DNA of 64,000 nucleotides from an uncultured virus (IMG/VR IMGVR_UViG_3300001460_000019) (taxonomy: Duplodnaviria; Heunggongvirae; Uroviricota; Caudoviricetes), in the IMG/VR virus record IMGVR_UViG_3300001460_000019, positions 1 to 64,000 of that record; one strand, 5' to 3'. The notes under the pieces were generated by a model, which worked only from the letters and a program-made list of their open reading frames with translations, was not told where the DNA came from and did not search any database. The position numbers and the translations under genes are program-made. Shown here piece by piece: positions 41,059 through 50,156 of this stretch (position 1 is its first letter; each line of letters starts with the position of its first letter).

Positions 41059-41502
41059 ATGAACGTAGATAAATTAAGAGAACAACTTAAAATAGATGAA
41101 GGAGTCAAATACGAAGTGTATAACGATCACTTAGGTTATCCTACATTTGGTATTGGACATTTAATTACAGAAGCAGACGAAGAATATGGAAAACCCGTAG
41201 GCACTCTTGTAAACGAACAAAGAGTAAATGCAGTTTTTGATAGTGACGTTGCAATTTATATAAGTGAAGCAAAAAAAGTATTTCCTAATCTAACAGAATT
41301 ACCTAGCGAAGCACAAGAAGTTATTGTAAATATGACATTCAATATGGGTGCTCCAAGATTGGCCAAATTTAAAAAGTTTATTGCTGGAGTGAATAACAGC
41401 GACTGGAACACAGCGGCCGTTGAAATGATGGACTCACGTTGGGCAAAACAAGTAGGAAATAGGGCTGAAAGGCTTAGAGATAGAATACAAGCATTGGCTT
41501 AA
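41059..41502 (+). CDS. lysozyme (T4-like, GH24)
   Basis: DEG......DHLGYPTFGIGHL, NMTFNMG, SRWAKQVGNRA. Confidence 0.9.
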   Translation: MNVDKLREQLKIDEGVKYEVYNDHLGYPTFGIGHLITEADEEYGKPVGTLVNEQRVNAVFDSDVAIYISEAKKVFPNLTELPSEAQEVIVNMTFNMGAPRLAKFKKFIAGVNNSDWNTAAVEMMDSRWAKQVGNRAERLRDRIQALA

Positions 41503-41529
41503 ATCTTCTTTTAAATAGGGTTTTAACAG

Positions 41530-41572
41530 TACAAGCGTCAAACACTAGTTCACACACTGTATGACGCTTGTA
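41530..41572. terminator. hairpin between convergent genes
   Basis: TACAAGCGTCA / TGACGCTTGTA perfect 11 bp inverted repeat. Confidence 0.55.
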
Positions 41573-41601
41573 GACGCTTTAAAACAGGACTAAGACACCT
41601 T

Positions 41602-42285
41602 TTAATCACTAGTGTAGTGCCCAAATAATGCTATTTCTTTTGACAGTTGTTCTACTATTATATCTTCTAAATGTGATACATAGTTAGGATCCTCTAAACC
41701 TTTAACAGCAAAATTTTTAATAAAAGTCCTAAAATGATCTCTAACAATACAATTCCATATATTTCTTGGAATCCAGTTAACTGGCTCTAGATCTATTAGA
41801 TACAGTTTTTTATCTATTTCGTTGTATAAAAAATTACCATTGGTCCAATCACAAAATGTAAATATAAATCCATTCCCCCATGGGTCATCTTTAATCTTAT
41901 ATTCATCATACTTGTTGTAGCATCTAACACCAGTGTTATGTATTTCATGTACCTGTTGTTTAAACCAAGACATTAGCACAGGCAAATCAATAGAAGTTTT
42001 ATTTTTATCTTTGCATCTTAATAACATAGTTTCGCCTGGCAGTTTATTCATTTTAAATATAACTAGTTCATCACTTTCATAAGTATCAAGTAGTTTTAAG
42101 TCACCTTGATAATTTTGTAAGAATTTTTTAAACTGCTCAACTACTGTTTCTTTGCGAAAAACTTTATATATAAAATTAGAATCTGAGTACACGGCACGAC
42201 TACTTGCATAATCATTTTTATACATTGCCTTAACTTTAGTGTTGAATATTTCTTCAACTATGCTTTTCCCGTAATCTTTATTCAT
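41602..42285 (-). CDS. protein kinase-like/phosphotransferase-fold protein
   Basis: YKVF, LPGET, DWTNGN catalytic-loop-like, LYLIDLE. Confidence 0.6.
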   Translation of the reverse strand: MNKDYGKSIVEEIFNTKVKAMYKNDYASSRAVYSDSNFIYKVFRKETVVEQFKKFLQNYQGDLKLLDTYESDELVIFKMNKLPGETMLLRCKDKNKTSIDLPVLMSWFKQQVHEIHNTGVRCYNKYDEYKIKDDPWGNGFIFTFCDWTNGNFLYNEIDKKLYLIDLEPVNWIPRNIWNCIVRDHFRTFIKNFAVKGLEDPNYVSHLEDIIVEQLSKEIALFGHYTSD

Positions 42286-43055
42286 CTGCTTTTCCTTGAT
42301 CTATATTGTTCTCCAAGACTTTCTTTAATTAAGTTAATGGTATTATATTCTATATTTAATAAATGTTGCTTTGTTATTTGTCTTTTTGGTATTTTCCAAT
42401 TTAATCTAGCAATATCTCTCCATTGGGATCTTATAGTGCATTTCCATAAATCATTTGGGATCCAATTCACTGGTTGCAGATCTACAAGATATAATTTGTT
42501 TGTTGTTTGGTCATATAAAATATTATCAGGATTCCAATCTGAAAATATAAAGTAATAACCATTATTAAATATATGTCTTTCTATTTGAAACTCTTTATAT
42601 TTTTTTACACAATCTATACCTGCTAAATGTATCTGTTTGCATTGCTCAGCAAACCATTCTCCAGCTTGATGTATGGTTAAGTCAATATCACCTTTTAAAT
42701 TAGTTAATGTTTCACCAGGCAACTTAACTAGTTGTAAAATAGAACATTGGGTATCGATATAGTAATTTTTTAATTGCATGTCACCTTTATAGTTTTTAAA
42801 AAACTTTATATACATATCAATTGTATGTTTCTGATTTTTCAAAGTTATACCATTTATTTTTATATCATGATAGAATACTTTATAGATAAAGTCTTTGTCT
42901 TGAAAAACAAGCACAGGGTTTTTGTAATCTTTATCTATCCATTCTGCAGAAGTTTTAAAAATTTTGTCAATAAGATTTTTTGCAGGATCAGATGCTTTTA
43001 TAATCTCTATCTTGTTTTGTTTAACAAGTGTATGAAAACTTTTTGAATTTGCCAT
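42282..43055 (-). CDS. protein kinase-like/phosphotransferase-fold protein (paralog)
   Basis: YKVF, LPGET, DWNPDN, LYLVDLQ. Confidence 0.6.
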   Translation of the reverse strand: MANSKSFHTLVKQNKIEIIKASDPAKNLIDKIFKTSAEWIDKDYKNPVLVFQDKDFIYKVFYHDIKINGITLKNQKHTIDMYIKFFKNYKGDMQLKNYYIDTQCSILQLVKLPGETLTNLKGDIDLTIHQAGEWFAEQCKQIHLAGIDCVKKYKEFQIERHIFNNGYYFIFSDWNPDNILYDQTTNKLYLVDLQPVNWIPNDLWKCTIRSQWRDIARLNWKIPKRQITKQHLLNIEYNTINLIKESLGEQYRSRKSR

Positions 43056-43145
43056 TTGTAGTATTTATTTGGCCAAAAGTGGTTGACAAGATCAAATACC
43101 TATGTAATAATGCATACAGTTAGAGAGCAATAGTAAGAGGTTGTC

Positions 43146-43430
43146 ATGCACTCATACAAAGAATACTATACCTATCTTGGGTACACCTATGTACTTGAAT
43201 ATGATGAAGATGAAGATACACGCAAAAATATGCATGTAGTCCTTGATGCAAACAAGAATGAAATAAATTGGAAAGAAGTTCCTGATTGGGGATCGTATAC
43301 AGTTCCTTCATATGAACAATTTAAACAATTTGTAATTGACCACATAGTTACACATCAACCAAATATTACTTCCGAGCTTAACGATTTCTATATGCAAATA
43401 GAAAAAGATCGCGGAAACGTTAGATCATAA
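43146..43430 (+). CDS. hypothetical protein
   Basis: 94 aa; TTGACA at 43083 and GAGG RBS. Confidence 0.65.
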   Translation: MHSYKEYYTYLGYTYVLEYDEDEDTRKNMHVVLDANKNEINWKEVPDWGSYTVPSYEQFKQFVIDHIVTHQPNITSELNDFYMQIEKDRGNVRS

Positions 43431-43437
43431 TTTAAAA

Positions 43438-43524
43438 GCGAGTGTGGCGGAATAGGTAGACGCAACGGACTTAAAATCCGTTATCAATCATGATGTGTGG
43501 GTTCAAGTCCCTCCACTCGCACCA
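43438..43524 (+). tRNA. tRNA-Leu(TAA)
   Basis: ACGGA-CTTAAAA-TCCGT; long variable arm; CCA end. Confidence 0.93.
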
Positions 43525-43543
43525 AACATAAGGATTAACTAAA

Positions 43544-43699
43544 TTGACTAGATCACAAATAACATTAGAAGATAAAATTTTAATTGAAAAATGGTTAAAA
43601 AATAATAAACCAACAACTTGTCCACCTATGCGAAGGTCAGATCCAGAAACTATTAATAAAAAATACGGATGGGGCAGTAAAAAGAAAAAGAAAAAGTAA
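43544..43699 (+). CDS. small basic protein between tRNAs (TTG start)
   Basis: ...IEKWLKNNKPTTCPP...KKKKKK; AAGGA RBS. Confidence 0.45.
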   Translation: MTRSQITLEDKILIEKWLKNNKPTTCPPMRRSDPETINKKYGWGSKKKKKK

Positions 43700-43707
43700 G
43701 TTATTGT

Positions 43708-43784
43708 CTGCCCGTAGCTCAACAGGACAGAGCAACGGTCTTCTAAACCGTAGGTTGCAGGTTCGAATCCTGCCGGGCAGGCCA
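43708..43784 (+). tRNA. tRNA-Arg(TCT)
   Basis: ACGGT-CTTCTAA-ACCGT; CCA end. Confidence 0.93.
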
Positions 43785-44078
43785 ATCAATTGTGGATAAC
43801 AACTAATTTTTTGTATTGCAAAATTATTTTTATATGTTATAATAAAATCATAAGCAGTTAAAAATGCCAAAATTTATAAACAAAATTACAACTTTCATTA
43901 CAAAATTATACATAAAAATATTTGGTGAGCCACACACTGTTAAATACCTGTCAGGCAAAGGTAAAGTTAAAAAATGATGAATAAAGTATATACTGTAGCA
44001 GGAATAGTTGCAGTTGCTACAGTTGTTATTACAATGCTATCTATGTTACTTTTATTTTTCTTATAAATCATAAAAAAA

Positions 44079-44100
44079 GGTAGGGTAATATTACCCTACC
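44079..44100. repeat. palindromic hairpin, copy 1
   Basis: GGTAGGGTAATATTACCCTACC. Confidence 0.75.
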
Positions 44101-44125
44101 ATTCATAATAATAAATACATGTATT

Positions 44126-45334
44126 ATGAAATTCCCTGAGTCTAATACTTTAGAGCTAGAGTTAACTAGTAAATGCACAATTAAATGTCCTAACTGTCCC
44201 CGTACCTTTCAAGCAGACAAAAGACATTTATGGGATAACGGACATATAGATGCTGATAAATTAATAGACTTTTTAAAACTACTACCAGTAACCAAAATAC
44301 TATTAACTGGAGCCTACGGTGACGGATTGTATCATCCCCACCTTGTAAAGACCTTAAAAGCAATCAAAGAAGCCAATATTAACTTTATGATGGACACCAA
44401 CGGTAGTTATAGAAAAGCAAAAGACTGGGAACAAATTGCTGACCTAATGACAAATTCAGATCTAATAACATTTAGTTTAGATGGAACACCAGAAAACTTT
44501 ACACAATATAGAGTCAATGCTGATTGGCCAAGTATTAAAGTTGGGACAGAAATACTAGCAAAACAGAATAGACGTATAAAATGGAAATACATTGTTTTTA
44601 AATATAACAATTCTTACAACGATATGAAGACTGCATTTGATATAGCTAACGAAATTGGGTTTACATATTTTGAATTGATTGATACTCATAGAGCACCAGT
44701 TGGACAATTAGTAAATAAAAAAGAATTTAATCAAAGTCTAGATCAATTAGAATTGTATGTAAATGATTTAAAAAGTGGCCCTGATAGTTGGAAAACAAAA
44801 GTAACAGATTTAACAATTAATATCACTCCAAGAACAGCAGTATTGGCAAAACGTAAAAAAGAAGAACCAAAGCCAAAATATATATGGAATAGAGAAGCAG
44901 GTGCAGAGCTAACTAAAATAAAACAGTCTAATGCAATAGACATAGTTAAGCTACCAGAAGGTAGTAAAGCAAAAAGATCATACGGAACATTGCCATTAGC
45001 TAAAGATGAAGTAGACATTGTACAAACAGAAAATGTGTATCCACAATGTATGAACGTAAAAAATTATGCTAATTTTATATCTAGTGAAGGATTATTTTTG
45101 CCATGTTGTTTCATGAGAGTTGACCAACAATGGACTTTTGATCAAGCAGGAATTACAAAGCAGGATGCCGAGTCAATGAGCATTTACAAAAATACATATA
45201 AAGAAATAATAAACGGTCCTGCATTTAAAAAAATAATGGATAATTTTGAAAATATGGAAATGTGTAAAAGAATATGCAGTAAGAAAACTGTTACACGGGT
45301 TGAAAAAGATATTTCAAATAAAGCAAATAATTAA
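44126..45334 (+). CDS. radical SAM protein with C-terminal SPASM-like Cys cluster
   Basis: CTIKCPNC, TNGS, SLDG, LPCC, CKRIC. Confidence 0.9.
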   Translation: MKFPESNTLELELTSKCTIKCPNCPRTFQADKRHLWDNGHIDADKLIDFLKLLPVTKILLTGAYGDGLYHPHLVKTLKAIKEANINFMMDTNGSYRKAKDWEQIADLMTNSDLITFSLDGTPENFTQYRVNADWPSIKVGTEILAKQNRRIKWKYIVFKYNNSYNDMKTAFDIANEIGFTYFELIDTHRAPVGQLVNKKEFNQSLDQLELYVNDLKSGPDSWKTKVTDLTINITPRTAVLAKRKKEEPKPKYIWNREAGAELTKIKQSNAIDIVKLPEGSKAKRSYGTLPLAKDEVDIVQTENVYPQCMNVKNYANFISSEGLFLPCCFMRVDQQWTFDQAGITKQDAESMSIYKNTYKEIINGPAFKKIMDNFENMEMCKRICSKKTVTRVEKDISNKANN

Positions 45335-45360
45335 GGTAGGGTAAATTAATACCCTACCTT
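45333..45360. repeat. palindromic hairpin, copy 2
   Basis: AAGGTAGGGTA-AATTAA-TACCCTACCTT. Confidence 0.75.
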
Positions 45361-45370
45361 TATACATAAA

Positions 45371-45661
45371 TTAGTTATAAGTTTTGTCGTCTTCGTCGTA
45401 CTCAAAGTCATCTTCGTCTTGGTCTTCGTCTTCGTCTTCGTCTTCGTCTTCTTCGAAGTCGTTGTCGTCATCTTCGTTATCACAGCCACAAGGTTCTTCG
45501 TAGCATTCTTCACACTCGTCTAACTCTTCTTCGCTGTAATCTGAATCGTAATCTTGGTCTTCGAACTCGTGATTCATTTCTAAAAGATCAACTAGTCTTT
45601 CGATCTTTTGTTCTAGTTCGTCTATTCTGTCGTTTAATTGCTCAATGATGTTTCTATCCAT
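45371..45661 (-). CDS. highly acidic small protein with coiled coil and CxxC-x4-CxC
   Basis: GGAG RBS before MDRN; GAAGAC tandem codons; TAAATA upstream. Confidence 0.7.
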   Translation of the reverse strand: MDRNIIEQLNDRIDELEQKIERLVDLLEMNHEFEDQDYDSDYSEEELDECEECYEEPCGCDNEDDDNDFEEDEDEDEDEDQDEDDFEYDEDDKTYN

Positions 45662-45811
45662 GTCTACTACTCCCATATAGATTTAGTAAAGTCAATAGTA
45701 TTTAGGCTTGTAGGATTCTATATAAACATGCAACATATGGTGTTAACTAATCTGTTTACAAATCTTTTCTTGCATTAACAGATAAGTTATTATATAATAA
45801 GTATTAATATT

Positions 45812-46123
45812 ATGTATAGACCATTACCAGAAGGATTAACTATCAAAGAGTCAAAGGTGCAAGGCCTTGGCTTGTTTGCTACACAAGATTTTGATGCATG
45901 GACAATACTAGGTATTGTACACGTATTAGATAAAAACTTCCCACACGGTAGCATTAGAACTGCCTTGGGTGCATTCTATAATCACTCAGATGAACCCAAC
46001 TGTAAAAATGTAAATGGATTTTGGCATCAACTTCCTGTAAAGTATCTACAAACGATAAAGCCAATTAAAGCAGGCGAAGAGCTTACAGCAAAGTATACTT
46101 TGTACAACGACTTTAATTATTGA
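45812..46123 (+). CDS. SET-domain protein
   Basis: S.VQGLGLFA, NHSDEPNC, IKAGEELT..Y. Confidence 0.85.
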   Translation: MYRPLPEGLTIKESKVQGLGLFATQDFDAWTILGIVHVLDKNFPHGSIRTALGAFYNHSDEPNCKNVNGFWHQLPVKYLQTIKPIKAGEELTAKYTLYNDFNY

Positions 46124-46695
46124 TTATCTTTGAATAACTGATCAGTTTCGTACATTTTTCTTATTTCACTAAAACTAGCAACTTCATCAAATATACTTGC
46201 TTGCCAGAACAATCTTGGTTCAGTAGATGTATTTACACCATGTAGTGTTTTTGAATTAAAAATATAAGTTTTGTAATCATATTTTAAGTAGTCGATGATT
46301 TCAGTACCGTCATCATTCCAAAATTGTAAACCGTGATCATTATCTAACAGTAACGGCACTGTAATAACAGCTGATCTTAATTCATCTATATGTTTAAAAA
46401 CTTCTCCTTGACAATGTAAGAAGTCAAAAGGTTCAGTTGTTTGTGGGTTACCTGGAATACTTTTACATATATTTTTCATATGACGTATTTGCTCATCGTT
46501 GAATATGTTTGTTAGTGTAGATTTTCCACTTGGGTAATAGTTAAAAGTTTGTGATGTAGTACCATCAGCATTTTCATACCAATCTCCACCCTTATTAAAC
46601 TTCTGATATATTTCAAAACGTTTAACAAGTGTTTTTCGTTTGCTCTCTGTTATATCTAATTCTGGTACGTGAAAATAATGTGTTCCCTGTTTCAT
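46117..46695 (-). CDS. Fe(II)/2OG-type cupin oxygenase
   Basis: KHID..R...LHGV....PR. Confidence 0.6.
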   Translation of the reverse strand: MKQGTHYFHVPELDITESKRKTLVKRFEIYQKFNKGGDWYENADGTTSQTFNYYPSGKSTLTNIFNDEQIRHMKNICKSIPGNPQTTEPFDFLHCQGEVFKHIDELRSAVITVPLLLDNDHGLQFWNDDGTEIIDYLKYDYKTYIFNSKTLHGVNTSTEPRLFWQASIFDEVASFSEIRKMYETDQLFKDNQ

Positions 46696-46729
46696 ATCAA
46701 ATCCCTCTACTTCTAATACTACATAATAT

Positions 46730-47237
46730 TTATCGGGTGGTCAGACCGGCGAATATTGTATTATAATTGTATGTGCGGTTAAATTTTTAGGAAGTCCTGT
46801 TTTAATGTAAAACTCAACATCAAATCACTTCGTGATTTTCATATTCGTTTTCCCATTACACTATGCCACCGTTCNTGACGCTGTTGGAGATAAACTTCAA
46901 GGTACACCACAGATCATCACTGCGGCCCTACTGCAACATCACGTGGAGGACATTGTGAATGGCGAGTGGATAGTGCGTGGTGCCTTATGGATAACATGTA
47001 ACAGAGTAGAGACATACTCGAGAATATTCTGACTCGATGGATGTGGCAAACTAATCTGAATTGAGCGGTTCTGACGGTAGTTTGTATTGAGTCCTAGAGT
47101 TGAATTAGGCATGTGACCTATTAGAGTTGAACATGTGCTACAGAGTGATCTATACGCATACATATTGGTTGACGATGCTCTACTACTTCTGCATAGCCGC
47201 CGAGGGGCCTAAATGCGGATAAATCCGCAAGTAAAGG
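46730..47237. other. ~500 nt non-coding, relatively GC-rich, palindrome-rich region (candidate structured RNA or replication origin)
   Basis: no credible ORF; hairpins AAATCACTTCGTGATTT and TGCGGATAAATCCGCA; one ambiguous base at 46875. Confidence 0.5.
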
Positions 47238-47906
47238 CTACGCCTTGTGTTTTTGGTATAGCTGTTCTAGTTCGGCAATATTGCTGACTGTGATGGACTT
47301 GTCTGGAAACTTGTATTGGTCCATGTGTGCAGGAAACACGATGTCTTCGTAATAGATGAACTGATGGAAACGCAATTTGTGTTTGTGTAGTTCTTGCTTT
47401 CTGTGTGATACTTTAGCAAGGTGATCTAGGAAAAATTCTGGTGCAATCGTTTTAGGGACCATATGATCTCCAAGTGATTCGTCTATGTGATATATGCCTG
47501 TGAGTTTGGCCAAACAACGACTTAATACCTGTTGAAATAGATTTCTTCTTGATAGTCCTACTTTGTATGCAGGTAATTGCCATAGCCTTTGTTGATCGCG
47601 AAGTGAATAGTCCTGCATGTCTACTAGATGATTTTTGATAACTTTTGATTGTTGTAGGTTGTGGTTGATGTATCCACAAAGTCCAGATACATTGTTGTGA
47701 GCTAGTTCAAGCTGTTCATTTTTGTTTAGCCTATTGGGTATTGTATTTTTGTGTTCTGCAGAGTTCTGATGCCAAAACTTTACCGAAAGTTCTTTGTTTT
47801 GTACGGTATTGTGTTTGAGACACCAATACAATGAATTACTGCCCGACCTAGGTTCCGATATGATGTGTACAAGAGGTTTAGATCTTAGGTGTTTTATGAT
47901 ATCCAT
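47238..47906 (-). CDS. sulfotransferase-family protein
   Basis: IISEPRSGS PAPS-loop, R.NL..Q.LS, YED; start at MDII with TAAATA 5 nt upstream. Confidence 0.7.
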   Translation of the reverse strand: MDIIKHLRSKPLVHIISEPRSGSNSLYWCLKHNTVQNKELSVKFWHQNSAEHKNTIPNRLNKNEQLELAHNNVSGLCGYINHNLQQSKVIKNHLVDMQDYSLRDQQRLWQLPAYKVGLSRRNLFQQVLSRCLAKLTGIYHIDESLGDHMVPKTIAPEFFLDHLAKVSHRKQELHKHKLRFHQFIYYEDIVFPAHMDQYKFPDKSITVSNIAELEQLYQKHKA

Positions 47907-47922
47907 ACTGTTATTTACTTGG

Positions 47923-47950
47923 TTGACAAATATATAATATGTGCTATTAT
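47923..47950 (+). promoter_or_regulatory. early sigma70-like promoter
   Basis: TTGACA AATATATAATATGTGC TATTAT. Confidence 0.75.
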
Positions 47951-48004
47951 ATAAATATAGTTGAGCAATGAAGCTCATATTAACATAAACCACAGGAGGT
48001 AAAC

Positions 48005-48235
48005 ATGTTAGCAACAATAGTGTATGGGATCAACCCAAAACAATCAAATCCAGTAGAAGGCTTTACTTCATTTTCACCCAATGAAAACAATGCAATAAAG
48101 AGAAAGCAAACTCTTGAAACTGATATCAAAACAGGTGCATGGGAAAAATGGACCGGTGAAGCTCGTAGACATTTTATAAAAAGATGTAAAGAAAAGAACT
48201 GGGAAATTAAAATAAAACTTTGTATGATTAGCTAA
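48005..48235 (+). CDS. hypothetical early protein
   Basis: AGGAGG RBS after the promoter. Confidence 0.65.
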   Translation: MLATIVYGINPKQSNPVEGFTSFSPNENNAIKRKQTLETDIKTGAWEKWTGEARRHFIKRCKEKNWEIKIKLCMIS

Positions 48236-48254
48236 TCATACTTTATCGAGCGCC

Positions 48255-48971
48255 TTACTTGTAGATGTCAAGCACTTGGCTCACTACAGGGTGGCGTTCG
48301 ATGTGTTCTTGTCCAAAGTTGACTGTGTTTACTAGATTGTAACGTTGTGGATCTTGGTCGTATCGTTCTATAAATTCTTGTAGACCATTTTTTTCATAAC
48401 CTCGGTCATGTTGTTGTAAGTCACCAGTCACCACCAAACGTGAGTTGTCACCTATTCTTGTGAGCAACATCTTCATTTGTTCTGGAGTAGCATTCTGCAT
48501 TTCATCAGCGATGATCCAACAGTTCTTGAAAGTCCTGCCTCGCATGTATGCCAATGGTGCAATTTCTATCTTCTCCTGCTTCATGAAGTATTCCGTTTGG
48601 CGTGGTGACCAGTGTTCTCTAAATATGTCTACTATAGGTCTTATCCATGGCGCCATCTTTTCCACCAAACCACCAGGTAGAAATCCATGTTTTTCATCCA
48701 CACTCACAGCAGGTCTTGTGATAACAATGCGTTCAATGTCTTTGGCTTTGAACGATTCCACTGCTTCCTGTACTGCCAGATATGTCTTACCAGTTCCTGC
48801 AGGGCCAAGGGCGATCAATATGACCTTGCTCCAGTCGTTCAAGTATCTGTGGTACAGACGTTGCTGTTCATTTCGAGGTTGGATCTGTTTGTATGTTGAT
48901 TTATAAACTTCATCGTGTGTGAAGTCTATGTTGTCACGGTATTTCTTTGATCGTTTGTTTTTTCGTGCCAT
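48255..48971 (-). CDS. phoH: PhoH-like protein
   Basis: GPAGTGKT, RPAV, GFLPG, YMRGRTF, DEMQN, LTRIG, GDLQQ. Confidence 0.95.
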   Translation of the reverse strand: MARKNKRSKKYRDNIDFTHDEVYKSTYKQIQPRNEQQRLYHRYLNDWSKVILIALGPAGTGKTYLAVQEAVESFKAKDIERIVITRPAVSVDEKHGFLPGGLVEKMAPWIRPIVDIFREHWSPRQTEYFMKQEKIEIAPLAYMRGRTFKNCWIIADEMQNATPEQMKMLLTRIGDNSRLVVTGDLQQHDRGYEKNGLQEFIERYDQDPQRYNLVNTVNFGQEHIERHPVVSQVLDIYK

Positions 48972-49024
48972 GTTTAAGCCTACACTAATATTTAAGTGCA
49001 TAGGTAATGGAGTAAACTCATGTG

Positions 49025-49348
49025 TTATTTGCCAGTAAAGACACCTTTAGCAATCTCATACCAGTAGATGCCGGATTCACGTAGTAATTCATTTTTTGTT
49101 CTTAGTTTTTCCATCTTGCGTTTGACTTTAGTAAATTTACTTGCTTTGATATTTGGATCTGAACTTAAATCATCTAGCACACTATCAATGATTGGGCAAG
49201 TGTATTCTGGAACTTTGGGTGCTTTTCTTTTTAATGTTGAAAACTTCTTGCGTTTGACTCGCGGCTTAACATCATCATTGTTATATGATTGTAACGTTTT
49301 TGCTTCGTACCATTTGTATGCATCTTTAAAAAAGATTCTAAACAACAT
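49025..49348 (-). CDS. hypothetical protein
   Basis: APKVP..TCP.ID...LR..N..LR.SG.YWY. Confidence 0.65.
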   Translation of the reverse strand: MLFRIFFKDAYKWYEAKTLQSYNNDDVKPRVKRKKFSTLKRKAPKVPEYTCPIIDSVLDDLSSDPNIKASKFTKVKRKMEKLRTKNELLRESGIYWYEIAKGVFTGK

Positions 49349-49490
49349 AATGATTACCGCCTCTCTATAACTATTTAAGAGTATAGAGTCCAGTAGTTAA
49401 ACTATGTTATTAATAAAAAGTAATACACTTTCAAAGTTACGCCAGTATATTGTATAAACTGTGCATAACACTATTGTGATTGCCAATGTT

Positions 49491-50156
49491 TTAAACATTA
49501 TAATTTATTATCCAATGTGCATTGCCTTGGTTATGTGGCTTTGCAAAAGTTTGTATGTTATGTACGTCGACTTTTCCTTTTGTTAGTATCCTGTCGTGTC
49601 GGAATCCATGTGCTACACCATCAACAATTTTAGAAAATGTAACAATGTTGTTTGTGTTATTTTTAAAATTGTGTTGTTCAATAAGACTTTCAAAGTTTTT
49701 AGGAGTGTCAGGTTCATAATGTATGTCACCTACCATAAGGCAGTTGTCATGTTGAACTATGTTTTCAAAAATATATTCAAAGTCATCGTAAGTCCATTGT
49801 CTACTGATGCTGTGGTCTTCAAATGCTATTTGAAAGTTTATTATCTGTAAGTCTTTTATAACTATAGACTGTGCCATACTTCCTTGATTGGAGTCATATT
49901 TGTATATGTCAATGTGATTATAAGTAGGCAGTTCAAAATGTTTTTGATCAGATATTTCATAGTTTGAACCTATTACCAAACTACGATCAGCACTGTGGCT
50001 AGTTTTAAAATAATTATTAAACTTGTTCATTGCAACATGAAGGAAACGATCTTTACATCTTTGCAATAAACATAAGTTACTATTTTCTAATGCTTGTTCT
50101 AGATATGCTTCGTCGAAGTTATCTTGACTGCTACAATTCCATTGTGTTATCTGCAT
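49491..50156 (-). CDS. endonuclease/exonuclease/phosphatase-fold protein
   Basis: TQWN, LLQ, VGD, HDRI, terminal H. Confidence 0.6.
   Translation of the reverse strand: MQITQWNCSSQDNFDEAYLEQALENSNLCLLQRCKDRFLHVAMNKFNNYFKTSHSADRSLVIGSNYEISDQKHFELPTYNHIDIYKYDSNQGSMAQSIVIKDLQIINFQIAFEDHSISRQWTYDDFEYIFENIVQHDNCLMVGDIHYEPDTPKNFESLIEQHNFKNNTNNIVTFSKIVDGVAHGFRHDRILTKGKVDVHNIQTFAKPHNQGNAHWIINYNV

Noticed and set aside
45385..45480. Tandem TCTTCG repeats as a CRISPR array or satellite
   Set aside because: They are the Glu-Asp codons of the acidic ORF; no repeat-spacer array found anywhere in the window
46832..47163. Short ORFs 46832..47032(+) and 46939..47163(-)
   Set aside because: No RBS, atypical composition, mutually overlapping, one spans an ambiguous base
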